DNA of 60,582 bases, counting the filler, from Squatina squatina (Eukaryota): the NCBI GenBank assembly GCA_031763465.1. It is 4 parts of 4 records of this genome, joined end to end, with 100 filler letters (N's around TTAATTAATTAA, not from the genome) between each part and the next. Parts side by side here need not be neighbours in the genome. Positions count along the whole stretch, not along the records: positions 48,328 to 60,582 come from JARFOE010000189.1; 3 more parts are not named here. One strand, written 5' to 3'. Positions 48,284-60,582 of this stretch are shown piece by piece. Each line of letters opens with the position of its first letter. The first letter of the stretch is position 1. The notes beneath the pieces are model-generated. The model did no database searches. It saw only the letters and a program-made list of their open reading frames with translations, and was not told the origin of the DNA. The translations under genes were made by a program, and so were the position numbers.

Positions 48284-51200
48284 NNNNNNNNNNNNNNNNN
48301 NNNNNNNNNNNNNNNNNNNNNNNNNNNCCTTATGGCTGTGAGAGGTGCTATATAAATGCAAGTCTTGCTTTTTCTTTTTAAACCAAAAGGAATGTATTGG
48401 ACCATTTACTTGGAATATTCAGGTGCCTGAGGTGTAGTGTTCATTGCCCCAGACAAGACAGTGATTGGCAACTGCATTATCTTTCACTACAAATCCCTTA
48501 ATCCTCGAGTATTGCTAAGTGATAGCTACTTGATACACAGTTTAAGCACCTTTCTCACCTGGCATCTAAACTACAATAATCAAGGTTAAAAGACACTTGA
48601 TGCTCCATGATCTTTTAATGCTTTATTATGTATATAAAACAATCAGAGGTACTAGAGGTACATAGACCCAGTCATTATTGCATTAAGGGTTTCTGTCACT
48701 TTCAGGCTAGTCCGAACTAAAGCAGATAAATATGTCAAGGTATGAAGTGTGTGTCCAGGTTGTTTTCTGCACAGACAATGAACACTTTTTCACTTGTACT
48801 TTGAAAAGTACAAATCCACTAATCCATTGCTGTTGTTATAAGAGAACAATAATGGGCAGCATATCATCTGTATGTGATATAAGTTGCAGTGTAAAACACA
48901 AGAAGGTGTCAGGTCTCCATGCACAAACTAAATCAAAGTAGACTTTGGATGTTAAGGCGCTCCTCCTTGAAAACTGCACATTCATTCTGGTACTTAAAAA
49001 AAAAAATTACTTCAGTCTTTGCAAAATTAGTTTTGATTTTCTTGACTATGCAATCATCATCAAATTGTTTGTAAGGCAAATAATAAGCTAATAAGAAATG
49101 CATACTGTTGACCTGGTAATACATTAACATAATAAATGTTAGTTAGGATTTTATCATTACACCCTAGCATTTCACTCCAAATTTGTATGGGCTTAACGAG
49201 TCATTAACAAAAGTATCAGCACGATGACGTATATTTACTGAACAGTCGTTTAAGATTATACAAGAAGTTAGCATAAAATTATATTTCATGTAATTTGGTT
49301 AATCATTTTTCCGCACAAATTAGACAAATTAAGATCAATAAAGCCTTCTGAAGATTTTTAAACATGTCATGAAAAGAGTTTGGTTGGCCTTTTTATTGCT
49401 GCTTGAGGTCGGAGATGCAGAACCAGCTGTTTTTTCAAAACCTCAAATTCAACTTCGGTTAGTTGTTGTGTACTGAGTAACTTTTGTTTCCTCAGCTTAT
49501 GTGATTTGATGAACTGTTCTTACATTGCACCAAGGCACCGATAGAATCATAGGATCATAGAACGATACAGCACAGAAGACCATTTGGCCCATCGTGCCTA
49601 TACGNNNNNNNNNNNNNNNNNNNNNNNNNNNNNNNNNNNNNNNNNNNNNNNNNNNNNNNNNNNNNNNNNNNNNNNNNNNNNNNNNNNNNNNNNNNNNNNN
49701 NNNNAATTTTTGTCTTCATTGTGGTCAGAGACAAAATCTAACTTTTAAAATCTGAGATAAAAGGATTTGTGATACCAACAGAATTGATCATATAGCTTTG
49801 CAGTGGCTTTGAATTATATTGTCTCCTCTCATTTGTTAGTTTAACACAAAATACCAAATAGCAAATTGAAAATTAACTACAGTATTTTTTCAAAAATTCT
49901 TTTTACTTCTGGACTTTTTTTGGATATATGAGAGAGATATGTTTCAACAAAACCTGCCAACCAAAATAGATTCAGTGAATAAACTGAAGATAAATGGCCA
50001 GTGGCGATGTGCGCTCATGATATGCCACCCACTGAGCAAACTATTCTGCCCTATGGGCAGATACATCAAGCCACTTTGTGAAGAAAAGTTAAAAGTAACT
50101 CTATGGCAACCAGTTGACTTTTTTCTTCCAATAACATCCCAGTGGGAATGGCAGTGCTAATTACCTTTTTAGCAAATTCTGCCTTTACAAAAAAAAAAGC
50201 AGGAGGAGAAAGAAGGGAACCTTGATTGTTTAAAAAATGGCGATGACTTACCTGCCAGGNNNNNNNNNNNNNNNNNNNNNNNNNNNNNNNNNNNNNNNNN
50301 NNNNNNNNNNNNNNNNNNNNNNNNNNNNNNNNNNNNNNNNNNNNNNNNNNNNNNNNNNNATGATTCTAGAGATGTTGAGAACTGTGAATAATTTTGTGTT
50401 TATCTGAAAATCCAATTTGGGGGGATTAAAGAGAAAAATTCTAGATATACAATTCAACATCCATCTATTTTATTCCATTTTCATGTAGCTAGTTCAAATT
50501 CTTGACTTTCGGAACTCTGTATTTATATTTTGTTAACGTTTTATCAGTGCTGGCATACATCTACTGCAAACTGATGGAAATAGGGATACCCTCCCTGTTT
50601 CAGTTCCTTCCTGTACTGCTGATTTGAGATTGTACTTGTGAGACCAAAGGAGCCAGAGGTAGGATTTTACACTACCTCTGAGACAAAAGTATATGGCTTC
50701 TGGAACATCAACTGAGAACAAAAAGTATATAGAATAGTGATGTTGATGGAGATGTTAAAAATATTAAATTTCTGATCTCAATGGCTACACTGTTATTTTT
50801 GACAGCTGTGTGTTACATTCTGTAGAGGCTAAGATCCTTTTTTAAAAAACACCAGGTTTCAGATCAGGCCATAAGAAATAGGTCTTTAAGCATATTCCTC
50901 TAAAACACTGAATCTAAATTTGTGAAGGGATCTGTATAATCTGTGTATCTGCTGAAGTAAAACTGAATGAAGCATTTTGCTGTTGATGACTGAATTTTTT
51001 AACATTTGCTGCAGACCTCAATTTGCAAATCTTTTCAGTAATAGTGGAAATAAAAAGTAGATCATCTTGAGTCGGTGTAGATGAAGACATTTTGCAAAAG
51101 AGGAAGCCGCATCCTGTCTTGAAAGGCCAGGCCAAATTATGTTTTATGCAAGACTTTGGAATGCAAGAACAAAAAAAAAAAGCTGTCATGGCCCTCCTTG

Positions 51201-52884
51201 GAGGATCTGCTCAAGGAGCTGCCCCGGGCCCTCATTCCTACCAAAAACCCATATCCTATTTGCCAGATCGGGAACAGATCCAGGTCCTCTGCTTTATCAG
51301 AGTTGATATTTACAGAACTAGATGATGGCCTGTCCCATAAATTCTTCTAAGCCTTAAAAAAGCATGTTCTTTGTGGCTTTCTTAGTTTATAACTGTGTCT
51401 TGNNNNNNNNNNNNNNNNNNNNNNNNNNNNNNNNNNNNNNNNNNNNNNNNNNNNNNNNNNNNNNNNNNNNNNNNNNNNNNNNNNNNNNNNNNNNNNNNNN
51501 NNGTTTTCAAACAGTAGCCCTTTGGCTTTTGGTTTTAAAATCCCACTGTAAATTTGCTCAGGCTACAATTTGACATCAACTTTAGAACATTCACATATAA
51601 CCTTTTTTGTACTTAATTTCCAAATGCCCAATACTGGATGTCCTTGATAACTATCAAATATTCACACAGTTTGTTCCATTTAATATCTACAAAATTGACT
51701 GCCTGTCAACTTTAAGAACATACCAGTGTTGAACAAAAAAAGCCATTAGCTCCATCAAGTTTGCCTGCTCTTTCCATATGTTCCTTATGCTCTTTTCCAT
51801 GATGCATGGCTTGCTTGTATTGTCTGAGTTACCTCTACTATGGAGATGGATAATTCTAGTTCAGTTTTTTTGCAATCATGCTTGGGTGGCAACATAGCGG
51901 TTTAGCCAAGAAATACAAGCAGAAAATGCTGGAAGTACTCAGCAGGTCAGGCAGCATCTGTGGAGAGAGAAAAACAGAATTAATGTGTCAGGTCCTCGAC
52001 CTGCAACGTTAACTCTGTTTCTTTCTCCACAGATGCTGCCTGGCCTGCTGAGTATTTCCAGCATTTTCTGTTCGTATTTCTGATTCCAGCATCCGCAGTA
52101 TTTTGCTTTTGGTTTAGTGAAGAATTTCTCCACCTGACTAGCGTGGGAGATGACTTAATCTGAAAAAAAGAAAGATCGCATACTCCCTCAAACTGAATCA
52201 GCAGAAATTCTTCAAGATTTTCTCTCCACTTCTTGGCCTACTGCCAAGAGCAGATAAGCACATTAGCTGCACTTCCAATACAAGCACAATGATTAAACTG
52301 GAATGACACATGACAACTCGGCCAACAAAAAGAAATCAGCAGGAACGATTAAACAACCCTTCCAATAATGTCTTTTCAACTCTCTGACTTCCCCCAAGCA
52401 AGCCACAGGAAGTATCAGCTGTCGGGGTTGTCCACACGCTACCTGTAATTGTGTACTGCTTTTCAAATTCTCTCATGTATTATAATAATGTATACAGTAT
52501 TAGCAATCCAACACAGCATGTATACAATATGTACCAAATGGTAGGGAATTTTCAAGCTGTGAATGCAGAGACACTTGAACAGTTTTGAAGTGTTAACTCC
52601 ACTTTACACCAAGCTGATCACGCCTCATTCTTTGCTCCCCTGCATTAATTTTAAATTTAAATTACCCATTGATCAGGGATTGATTATAACCAGACTTGAT
52701 CCTTGGCTAAAAGTACTTGCAAACTAATTTTTAGCATATATATGAGGTGATGTTCAGGAGGGCCCAGATATCTTGAAGTGGGTTCAATGCTTTTAACTCT
52801 AGGGTTAAGATGGAGGATCTGTGCAGGGCAAGGTAAAGATGCACGTGTTCAACAGTAAAATCAGGAGAATGGCAGGATAAAGAA

Positions 52885-53335
52885 AGAGCTTGCATTAATA
52901 TGGCACCTTTCACGACTTCAGGACATTTCAAAGTGCTTTGCAGCCAATTCAGTATTTTTGAAGTGCAGTCACTGTTGTAATCTGAGAAAACATGGCAGCC
53001 AAATTGTGCACAACAAGATCCTACAAACATCAATGTGATGATCAGATAATCGTCTTTTAGATGTTGGTTGAGGGATTAACATTGGCTAGCACACCAGGGA
53101 GAATGTCTCTGCTCTTCTTTGAAATAATGCTATGGGATCTTTTACATCCACCAGAGGAGGGAAGATGGGGCTTTGGTTTAATGCCTCATCCAAAAGACGG
53201 CACCTCCAACAGTGCAGCACGCCCTCACTGAAGTGTCAGCCGAGATTTTGTGCTCAAGTCCCTCAAGTGGGACTTGGACCCGCAACCTTCTGACGCAGAG
53301 GTGAGGGTGGGACCACTGAGCTACGGCTAACGCTG
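52885..53335 (-). mobile_element. Full-length DeuSINE (SacSINE1-like)
   Basis: Minus strand reads gccgtagctcagtggt (A box)...ggtccaagtccc (B box)...Deu core...gaaaggtgccatattaatgcaagc tail. Confidence 0.9.
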
Positions 53336-53339
53336 CTGA

Positions 53340-53844
53340 AGAGGAGGAGCAATGTAGAGGGTTCAGGTACCGTAAGGCCGCTTCTGGAACCCACATGCAG
53401 CTACCCATGCGGGTTCATACTTCAACCACAGCAATGAGCATTGCTTATGAAGGCTGCACTTTCCCCCGAGGCTGTACAGGAGTTGTGCTATCTGCTTGCA
53501 TTAGACTTGAATCCCACCTCAACCAGAGGTAACACATTGAAAGTGCCCATGGAAGTCATCACAGCCCTCAACATCGATGCCAGCTGTCTCAGCGAATAGT
53601 TGCAACATCTGCCAATCGGTTGTCCACCGATCCATTGTTTGCCCAGTTCACATTCTTCCTATGGATCTAGTGCACTAGAGTTGAGAGGGCCGTGAATTGG
53701 ATTTCCTCATGTGCAATCGATGGCACCCATGGGGCTTTTCCAGAATATTATCAACTTTCACAACAGGAAAGGTTTTCACTCTAAGTGTACAGCTGGTATG
53801 CAATCATAACAACTTAATAATGCACGTTTGCTATCAAAGGAACT
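53340..53844 (+). pseudogene. Degenerate PIF/Harbinger (HARBI1-type) DDE transposase fragment
   Basis: Frameshifted motifs in the expected order: EHCL*RLHF, EAVQELCYLL..DL.PTSTRG...VITALN, GFPHVQ, AIDGTH, FHNRKGFHS, SVQLVCNH..LIMHVC. Confidence 0.85.
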
Positions 53845-56800
53845 NNNNNNNNNNNNNNNNNNNNNNNNNNNNNNNNNNNNNNNNNNNNNNNNNNNNNNNN
53901 NNNNNNNNNNNNNNNNNNNNNNNNNNNNNNNNNNNNNNNNNNNNAGAGGGCAAATTGGTAATGGAACAGAACGCAGCTCATCTTTTCAAACAGTGGGCTG
54001 TGGCTCCTAACTGGACCTGTTTAGTTCCCCAGCCCAACATAGGCTTGGTTAATTTGTGATGGTCAATTCAGGAACTGAATTCACAAAATATTTTTGTACA
54101 CCGCAGTGCTGCGACCTTAAAATGCCTTTTTTTTGGAGGGAAGGATGGAATAAAACATTTTTCCCATTATTCTCTGTCAGGGTGACATCTCCCGCCCGTA
54201 TTCATATTGCCCTCCTTGGCTGGGAGAACAGGATACTCCAGCTCACAAAAGCTGTTAATGTTTTTCTTTAGCCGGGCCTTGGTAGTGTCGGAAATGAACC
54301 TTCACACCTCTAAGAATTTGTACTTCCAAACCTCTGTTTTCACACAACTGCTAATTTTGTGCAATACAAAATACCAACTTGAGCTCACTTCCAGTGACGT
54401 CTATCCAGAGAGATCATTTACTGTGTAGCTTTGATATGAACTTGGTAATTTCCATTTATCAGACTTAAGTCACTTGATTTAAATATTTAATAAAACCCAT
54501 TGGGATAGTGGTTCATAAGGTGTCATCAGCTGGCCAACATTGAAAGGATTGGCCTTATCTGTATGTATTAGCAATACAAATATTTCCAAGAATTTGGAAC
54601 TGTATAAGATTTAATATACTAATCTAATGAAATTTCATTTGCTAACATTTCCCCAGCAAACTATGTAAAATGTGTACCACAGTGTATGGCAGCAAATGCG
54701 TGTAGTGTGTGCTGTGGCTTTTGTGTCCAAAAATAGCATAGTTTGGGCAGATGGACAGTAGCGCAGGGAGGAACTGCATGATTTCAGGAAATGACCGTAT
54801 TATCTTGATCTAGAATCCTCCTTTAACAAATTNNNNNNNNNNGAATAGGTGGGTTTATGATATTTTGTAAATTGTCAGTTCAGATCTGTGGTTTGTTTAA
54901 GTGTTTAAAGTATAATGTGTATGTTACAGTATAAAATTACAGCTCCAACTTGCCTCGGTCACAGTGATGATGTGTGGTTTACTATAACGTAGTTCTCGAG
55001 GGAAGGGCCATACGGTGAGTTGTTTTTAGGCAATCTGCATCAATGTGTTTAGTGATTAACCATTTTCATGCTGACTAAAAGTGCTTTAAATACAGTTCGT
55101 TAAATANNNNNNNNNNNNNNNNNNNNNNNNNNNNNNNNNNNNNNNNNNNNNNNNNNNNNNNNNNNNNNNNNNNNNNNNNNNNNNNNNNNNNNNNNNNNNN
55201 NNNNNNAGTGGCTGATGAAGTGAATGATGGCTTTAAATCACCACTTCTCTGAAATCTCATTACCACTGCAGAGAGGACCAAAATAACAGTCACTGTACTG
55301 CAGCATCACCATGGAAACTGTTGGGAATATTTAGGTCTCAAACTGGCTATATTTCTCCTTTCCCTTGTTTGTTTTCAGCTGTTTGAGGTTTACTGCTTTT
55401 TCTCCTAGTAGCCTGGAAGCATGTTGTCTGACCTTGTATAGATTCACCAACATTGATTTCTCTGTGTGAGTCTATGGGCTGAATCTTCAGGCCTTCCACC
55501 TGGTGGAATCATGGTGATAGGGCCACATATATCGTGGCCAAAGACCTGGCACTCTCTTTCTGTTGAAGGTGCCGTCGACGCCATTTTCCTAGGGTCCTTA
55601 GGTTAGATGGCCTTGGTGGCTGCCTGAACCCAATGGTAGGCTAATAATCTTAGACTAATCGGGGTTCTACAACATCAGTAGATGCCAGGTGCTATTTTAG
55701 GAATGAACTGGGTGGAGTGCGCTGTGTACGCACTTCCCAGTATCAGCTGGCAGCTGGAGAGACCAAAGGAAAATTAGACTTTATTTTTGTGGGTCTTGCA
55801 AGAGCAAGAGCCACTGCCACTGCATCCCCCCACCTCCAGAGATTGGGGCCTCCCAGGAAGCTCCCTTCTGGCCCGGAGGTTGGCTGGGCCACCCAATATT
55901 GCAGCAGCTCCTAACCGACGGGCTCATTTCCTGTCACAACCTGCAGGCTGATGCTAATGAGGCCCGGCTTTCAAAATGGANNNNNNNNNNNNNNNNNNNN
56001 NNNNNNNNNNNNNNNNNNNNNNNNNNNNNNNNNNNNNTCTACCCCTTTGTTTTAGCTGTTGGCTTTGCTTCACTGTGCAGATTGCAAAAAAAACAAACGG
56101 TTGTGGCTGGCATTGATCTAATTGATTGGATTTATTTTCTGATCTAATTAATTCTCACTGATTTTTATTTTTCAGGTAAAATTCAGGATCAATTAGATGG
56201 TTCCACTAATTTCTGAATCATTAGCTGCCTTGGAGTAATAAACAAAACACTGGCTTTTCTGGTATTGAACTTGGCCTGACAGTGAGATGTGCTGCTGATG
56301 CTACATTCTTCATAATGAAGATGCAAACTGGAATAGCTGTTTTAGCCGAACTTCCATCTTCTCTCACAAAGGATTGCTGAGAATGCAAAACGTGCTTGTG
56401 TAGTAAACATCAGAAAAGAAGATTTCTTAACTATGAATTTAACAGAAGCCTTTGTTTGAGTCTTATGATCTGCAACCCACAGCTACTTGTAAGTATTTTT
56501 AATTAATGCCTCAATTATTTTCTATTTTGGGATGCTTAGTGATCGTTTAATTGCAACACACTTTGATGGAAATGTGGTAATACATTGGAAATATCACATG
56601 CAGTGATACTGAACGTTACTGAGAATGATGCTCTGTTTTGTATATATGCAAAACTGTATAATCCAAAAGAATGGAGGCTCTTTATTTCTTAGAGCTACCT
56701 TGTGAATTTTAGAAAACTGAAGGCGTTACACAATCTGTGTTTTGATGGTTCAATGTAACATGTAGTGAAATGTGAATCATTCCTTATTCATGTGAAAACT

Positions 56801-57399
56801 GGAAGAGGGAATCTGTTACTTTTATGAGATAGTGGGCTAAACGGTGAATTCAAGTGAAGGTATTATGTTCATTCATCCTGCTGACTTGACTCATGTAAAT
56901 TGAGAAGTCAAGGCTCTTTTATTAAGGTCTCTGCCTTTGATTTAAAATACTTGTAGATGTTTGAAGGACTCTGCTCTGCTAAGCACAGGTGCAGCAATAG
57001 GAAGTGTTATTTAGCTGTGAAATCAATATGCTTGGGGAATAACTAATCATTCACCCTAGGTCTAACATTAATTATTTATTTAAGATTTACCGTACAAATC
57101 ATTTCATCCTTCCCTTTCTACAAGATACGTTGCCGATAAGGTGTCTAGATTCAGTAGGGGCGAAATTTGACTTGGGCAGTAGTGCAAAACGTGCAGTAGC
57201 AAATACTTCTGTTCAAATTGACTTCAGTGGAACTGGGAGTTGGGTGGGGTGTAAAAGGGGCTGTGATTTGCTATCGTCCATTTTGCGCAACCACCAAANN
57301 NNNNNNNNNNNNNNNNNNNNNNNNNNNNNNNNNNNNNNNNNNNNNNNNNNNNNNNNNNNNNNNNNNNNNNNNNNNNNNNNNNNNNNNNNNNNNNNNNNT

Positions 57400-57675
57400 T
57401 TAAAGTAATTGGTAGAAGGATTAGAGGGGAGTTGAGGAGAACTTTTTCACCCAGAGGGTGGTGGGGGTCTGGAACTTACTGCCTGAAAGGGTGATAGAGG
57501 CAGAAACGCTCATCACATTTAAAAAGTACTTGGATGTACGCTTGAAGTGCCGTAACCTACAGGGCTACGGACCAAGAGCTGGAAAGTGGGATTAGGCTGG
57601 ATAGTTCTTTTTCTGCTGGCACAAACACGATGGTTTGAGTGGCCTCCTTCTGTGCCATAAATTCCTAGGATTCTG
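57400..57675 (+). mobile_element. CR1 LINE 3' end
   Basis: FTQRVVGVWNLLPERVIEAETLITFKKYLD plus tail ggcctccttctgtgccataaattcctaggattct. Confidence 0.9.
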
Positions 57676-58159
57676 TGAAAAGCAAGGCATGCCACGGTGA
57701 ACAGTTTCCTGTTTGGCCGTACCTGGCAAGAGGCCACCAACATATATGTTTGGGCCCTGGCAAGGCCCCCAGCCTGGAAAGTATATTGATAATCTGCCTT
57801 CTCAGAGCCTGGATCACCAGAGGTTAAGATGCCAAGTTGCCAAGTTATGCCAAATGCTGGAAGGACACTGCTAGCTATTGTTAGGGGAGCAAGAGGTAGT
57901 AAAGGGATCCATTTTTCAAGTAAAGAACCCATTATATATTCATGGCAACCAGTTACACAGTTTTCTTCCATGTGGTGCTGTGGCAGACTATTGTACAATT
58001 ACACATTAGCATATTGGAAGCAGCCCCACACTGATATAAAAAAAAAAGATCTGCGTGGTCTACAAGTTATATTCTATGGTAGTTGAGGCCTATGTTTCAA
58101 TTGCTTTATCCTGTGAATTACAAATGGGGGTGTCCCTGTCCAATCTTGAAAAAACAGTG

Positions 58160-58500
58160 AGTGACGCAGACACGCAATGGTCTCTATCGAGGTTCAGCTC
58201 ACGTGCAGACTGTGCGAACTCCAGGAGGAAAATAATTTTAACAGGAAGAACTTGCTTTTTCAGATCTGGATAGGCCTGACACTCAAGTGATTACCAGAAT
58301 GGTTCTCAAGCTGGTCCATCTTTTTTGAGCAAGTGGCATCTGATTCCATTCCTTTTCTGTTTCCCTCCTCTTTAATATCATTCAGTTTATTCGATGGAAA
58401 GGCTGCCTTTTTCACCATCAACGTCAGCAATTGAAGTTGTTTTACCATGACCTTAATAGCAGCCATCTTGTGTTTATGTTGTACCATCTCTGCTTGTGAT
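58160..58500 (-). mobile_element. Possible L1-type ORF1p remnant
   Basis: Coiled-coil-like stretch ending KKMDQLENHS (compare the DLENRSRR motif), then ELNLDRDH (compare ELERAH). Confidence 0.4.
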
Positions 58501-60582
58501 GTTTTTATTTTTATTGCACTTTCTCAGAGTGCTCCTGTTTTCCTACTCCCACACTCACTCTGTCGACATTGCCAGGAGGTAAAGATTTAAATAAGGTCAA
58601 TAGGCCCTCTTGCCCTGGAGAGAAGGCAATAACATAAGATTGAAACATATCAATGAAATTGGTCCATCACCTTGCTCAGCATCATGTAATTGTCTCCTAC
58701 ACTTATTGTACAAACATTACCAGAAGCTAAACACTTGAAGCTGATGGCTCTCTGTGGTCTTGGAAAAAAAGCAATATAACAGACTTGAAGAATATCAATC
58801 AACCTGCTCCCTCACATGTTGCGACTCTCTACTGTTTTAAGCTGGTGGTTACCTGGCTTGAAAATCTTAGTAAGGAAAAGTACAAACAGGAACCTGTAAG
58901 AAACTATTCTTTATTTAATACAATAAAAATGACAAAGTGAAAATATCAATCAGTACTGTGCAACTATATCTTCCGATGAAAATACAGAGCTCAATTTCAC
59001 TATTAGACACCAGCTATGGGAAGGTGTCAATCTGCCTGAAAGTTCTTTCACTCTCGGTACATTATCAGGCTCCTATGATTTGTTCTCTGACTAAGGTTAT
59101 TAAGTGCCTATTACCTTGATTATGNNNNNNNNNNNNNNNNNNNNNNNNNNNNNNNNNNNNNNNNNNNNNNNNNNNNNNNNNNNNNNNNNNNNNNNNNNNN
59201 NNNNNNNNNNNNNNNNNNNNNNNNGGTCCGGCAAATCGCTGAAAACTTTTTTCATCCTTTCAGTTTTTTTTTTAAGTGTTGATAGTGATCTTGATTCTTC
59301 TTTTACGTATTTTTCTCCCTTACAGCTGCCTGCACAACTTCCTGCTCCAGGTCTTGGCCATTACCACTCACCACAAACGCGAGAGTGACCTAACAATCTG
59401 ATTCCCTCCTGCCCCACTCCCTTGAGAGGACGTGTCTGGTCTCTGTTGTGATTTTTTTCCCACAGTGGTGCAGTTGAGAGTTTGAGGTCAGCATGTCAGT
59501 GCAAGTACGAGCCTGTGTCTCATCACTCCACTGTTCAGGAGATCCAAAGGGATCTCAGCATACTATCTCTGATCTTTATTCTTCAACTCCTAAGTAAATT
59601 TTCTGCTTTTAAAACCAACTTGTTGCCACATACTATTTGCAGGGAGCAGGCAGGTGTTTAGCATTGACAGATTTCGAGCCCATCCTTGCATACCTATGTG
59701 CTCAGCTACTCGCAACGTTCCTGCTTCTTTTAAACAATGCACTTGTGATTGCCACGACTGTACTGTCCCTCTTTTCTTCTTCTTTAAAAAAACATTCTCA
59801 ATAGCATGAGTGGTTTGGCATGAGATTTGAACATTTATACAGGAAAGCATGAGTAAGGCCTAATGGGTGATTCTCACATTTGATACATGAAACTTGACAG
59901 TTTTAGATCTTGCTGTCTCTCAAGAAGCTTGATGTATTCTGAGAGAAACATCAGCCAACATGAAGACAGATACCGGTATAATCCCTGAAGGATAAAAAGG
60001 GCTAACGGTGTAAAATGTGTTGTGGAAGCTACTCTGGATTATAAAGGCTGCTGCAATAACAGAATCTGCTTACATCATGACTTCTCCATTTGTTACTTTA
60101 TCTTTGACTGCAGAAATCGCAAAAATAACTCTTGGGTAACTGAGTATTTACAGGAATAGCAGAAGACCAGCAATTTTTCAAAGGAAGGCACAGCAGTGTA
60201 ACATGATATGGTTGACACTGCTGCAATTCTTTAGTCTCGTATTTTCCTCTTTTTCAGATGAGTAAAGCATGAGTAAATGGCCTGTATCTCCTATGCTTTA
60301 AACAGAAGAATTACAAGAAAGAACAAATACATCACTTTTTGCCTCATTTCCTTTGGCACTTTTAAGCATGGAAGGAAATGGTAGGCAATAGTTTAAAACC
60401 CAAAGAACGGTTCATCAGCACTGACTCCGTTTACCATTCCAGTTTACTCCTTTTGCTTTTCCCTCTGTATTTTTCTTTTCTTTCAGATGGGAAGTGATGG
60501 AAGCTATAGTATGTTATGGACTGCCCTGGTAGACCCATCATTTCAGCCTGTCCTTGCCCCACAGAACTTATTTCTTCCTATC

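Noticed and set aside
50246-50259. acttacctgccagg, resembling the U1 snRNA 5' end or a minus-strand CAG|GTAAGT donor
   Set aside because: Only 14 nt before a gap; cannot distinguish a U1 pseudogene, a real exon end or chance.
51060-51350. Coding-looking stretch with several short ORFs
   Set aside because: No recognisable protein or consistent splice sites, and an internal A11 run.

Overview
Gapped vertebrate genomic DNA, most likely from a shark or other cartilaginous fish (inferred from SacSINE1/Deu-type SINEs, abundant CR1 and Harbinger-type repeats, and protein divergence). It is not one locus. Dozens of mostly 100-N gaps and three N-embedded TTAATTAATTAA linkers (14249, 30529, 48272) divide it into four apparently unrelated blocks. 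Block 1 (1-14204) holds PISD: a mitochondrial-isoform exon, an internal CpG-island promoter with a first exon giving two alternative N-termini, and two core exons. Block 2 (14304-30484) holds five 3' exons of DYNC2H1 on the minus strand. Block 3 (30584-48227) holds one LIMK1 exon, four SEPTIN4 exons plus a probable fifth first exon, and most of intronless DNAJC30. Block 4 (48327-60582) has no gene I can name and is mostly transposon remnants. Most ORFs in the supplied track are spurious or transposon-derived. Gene calls rest on my recall of the human orthologue sequences plus splice-site and phase consistency, not on database searches. I found no convincing novel biological system. The best leads are the dual-frame PISD first exon, a partial Penelope-type hammerhead motif with a related foldback, and an unidentified PTS1-ending candidate exon convergent with DYNC2H1.
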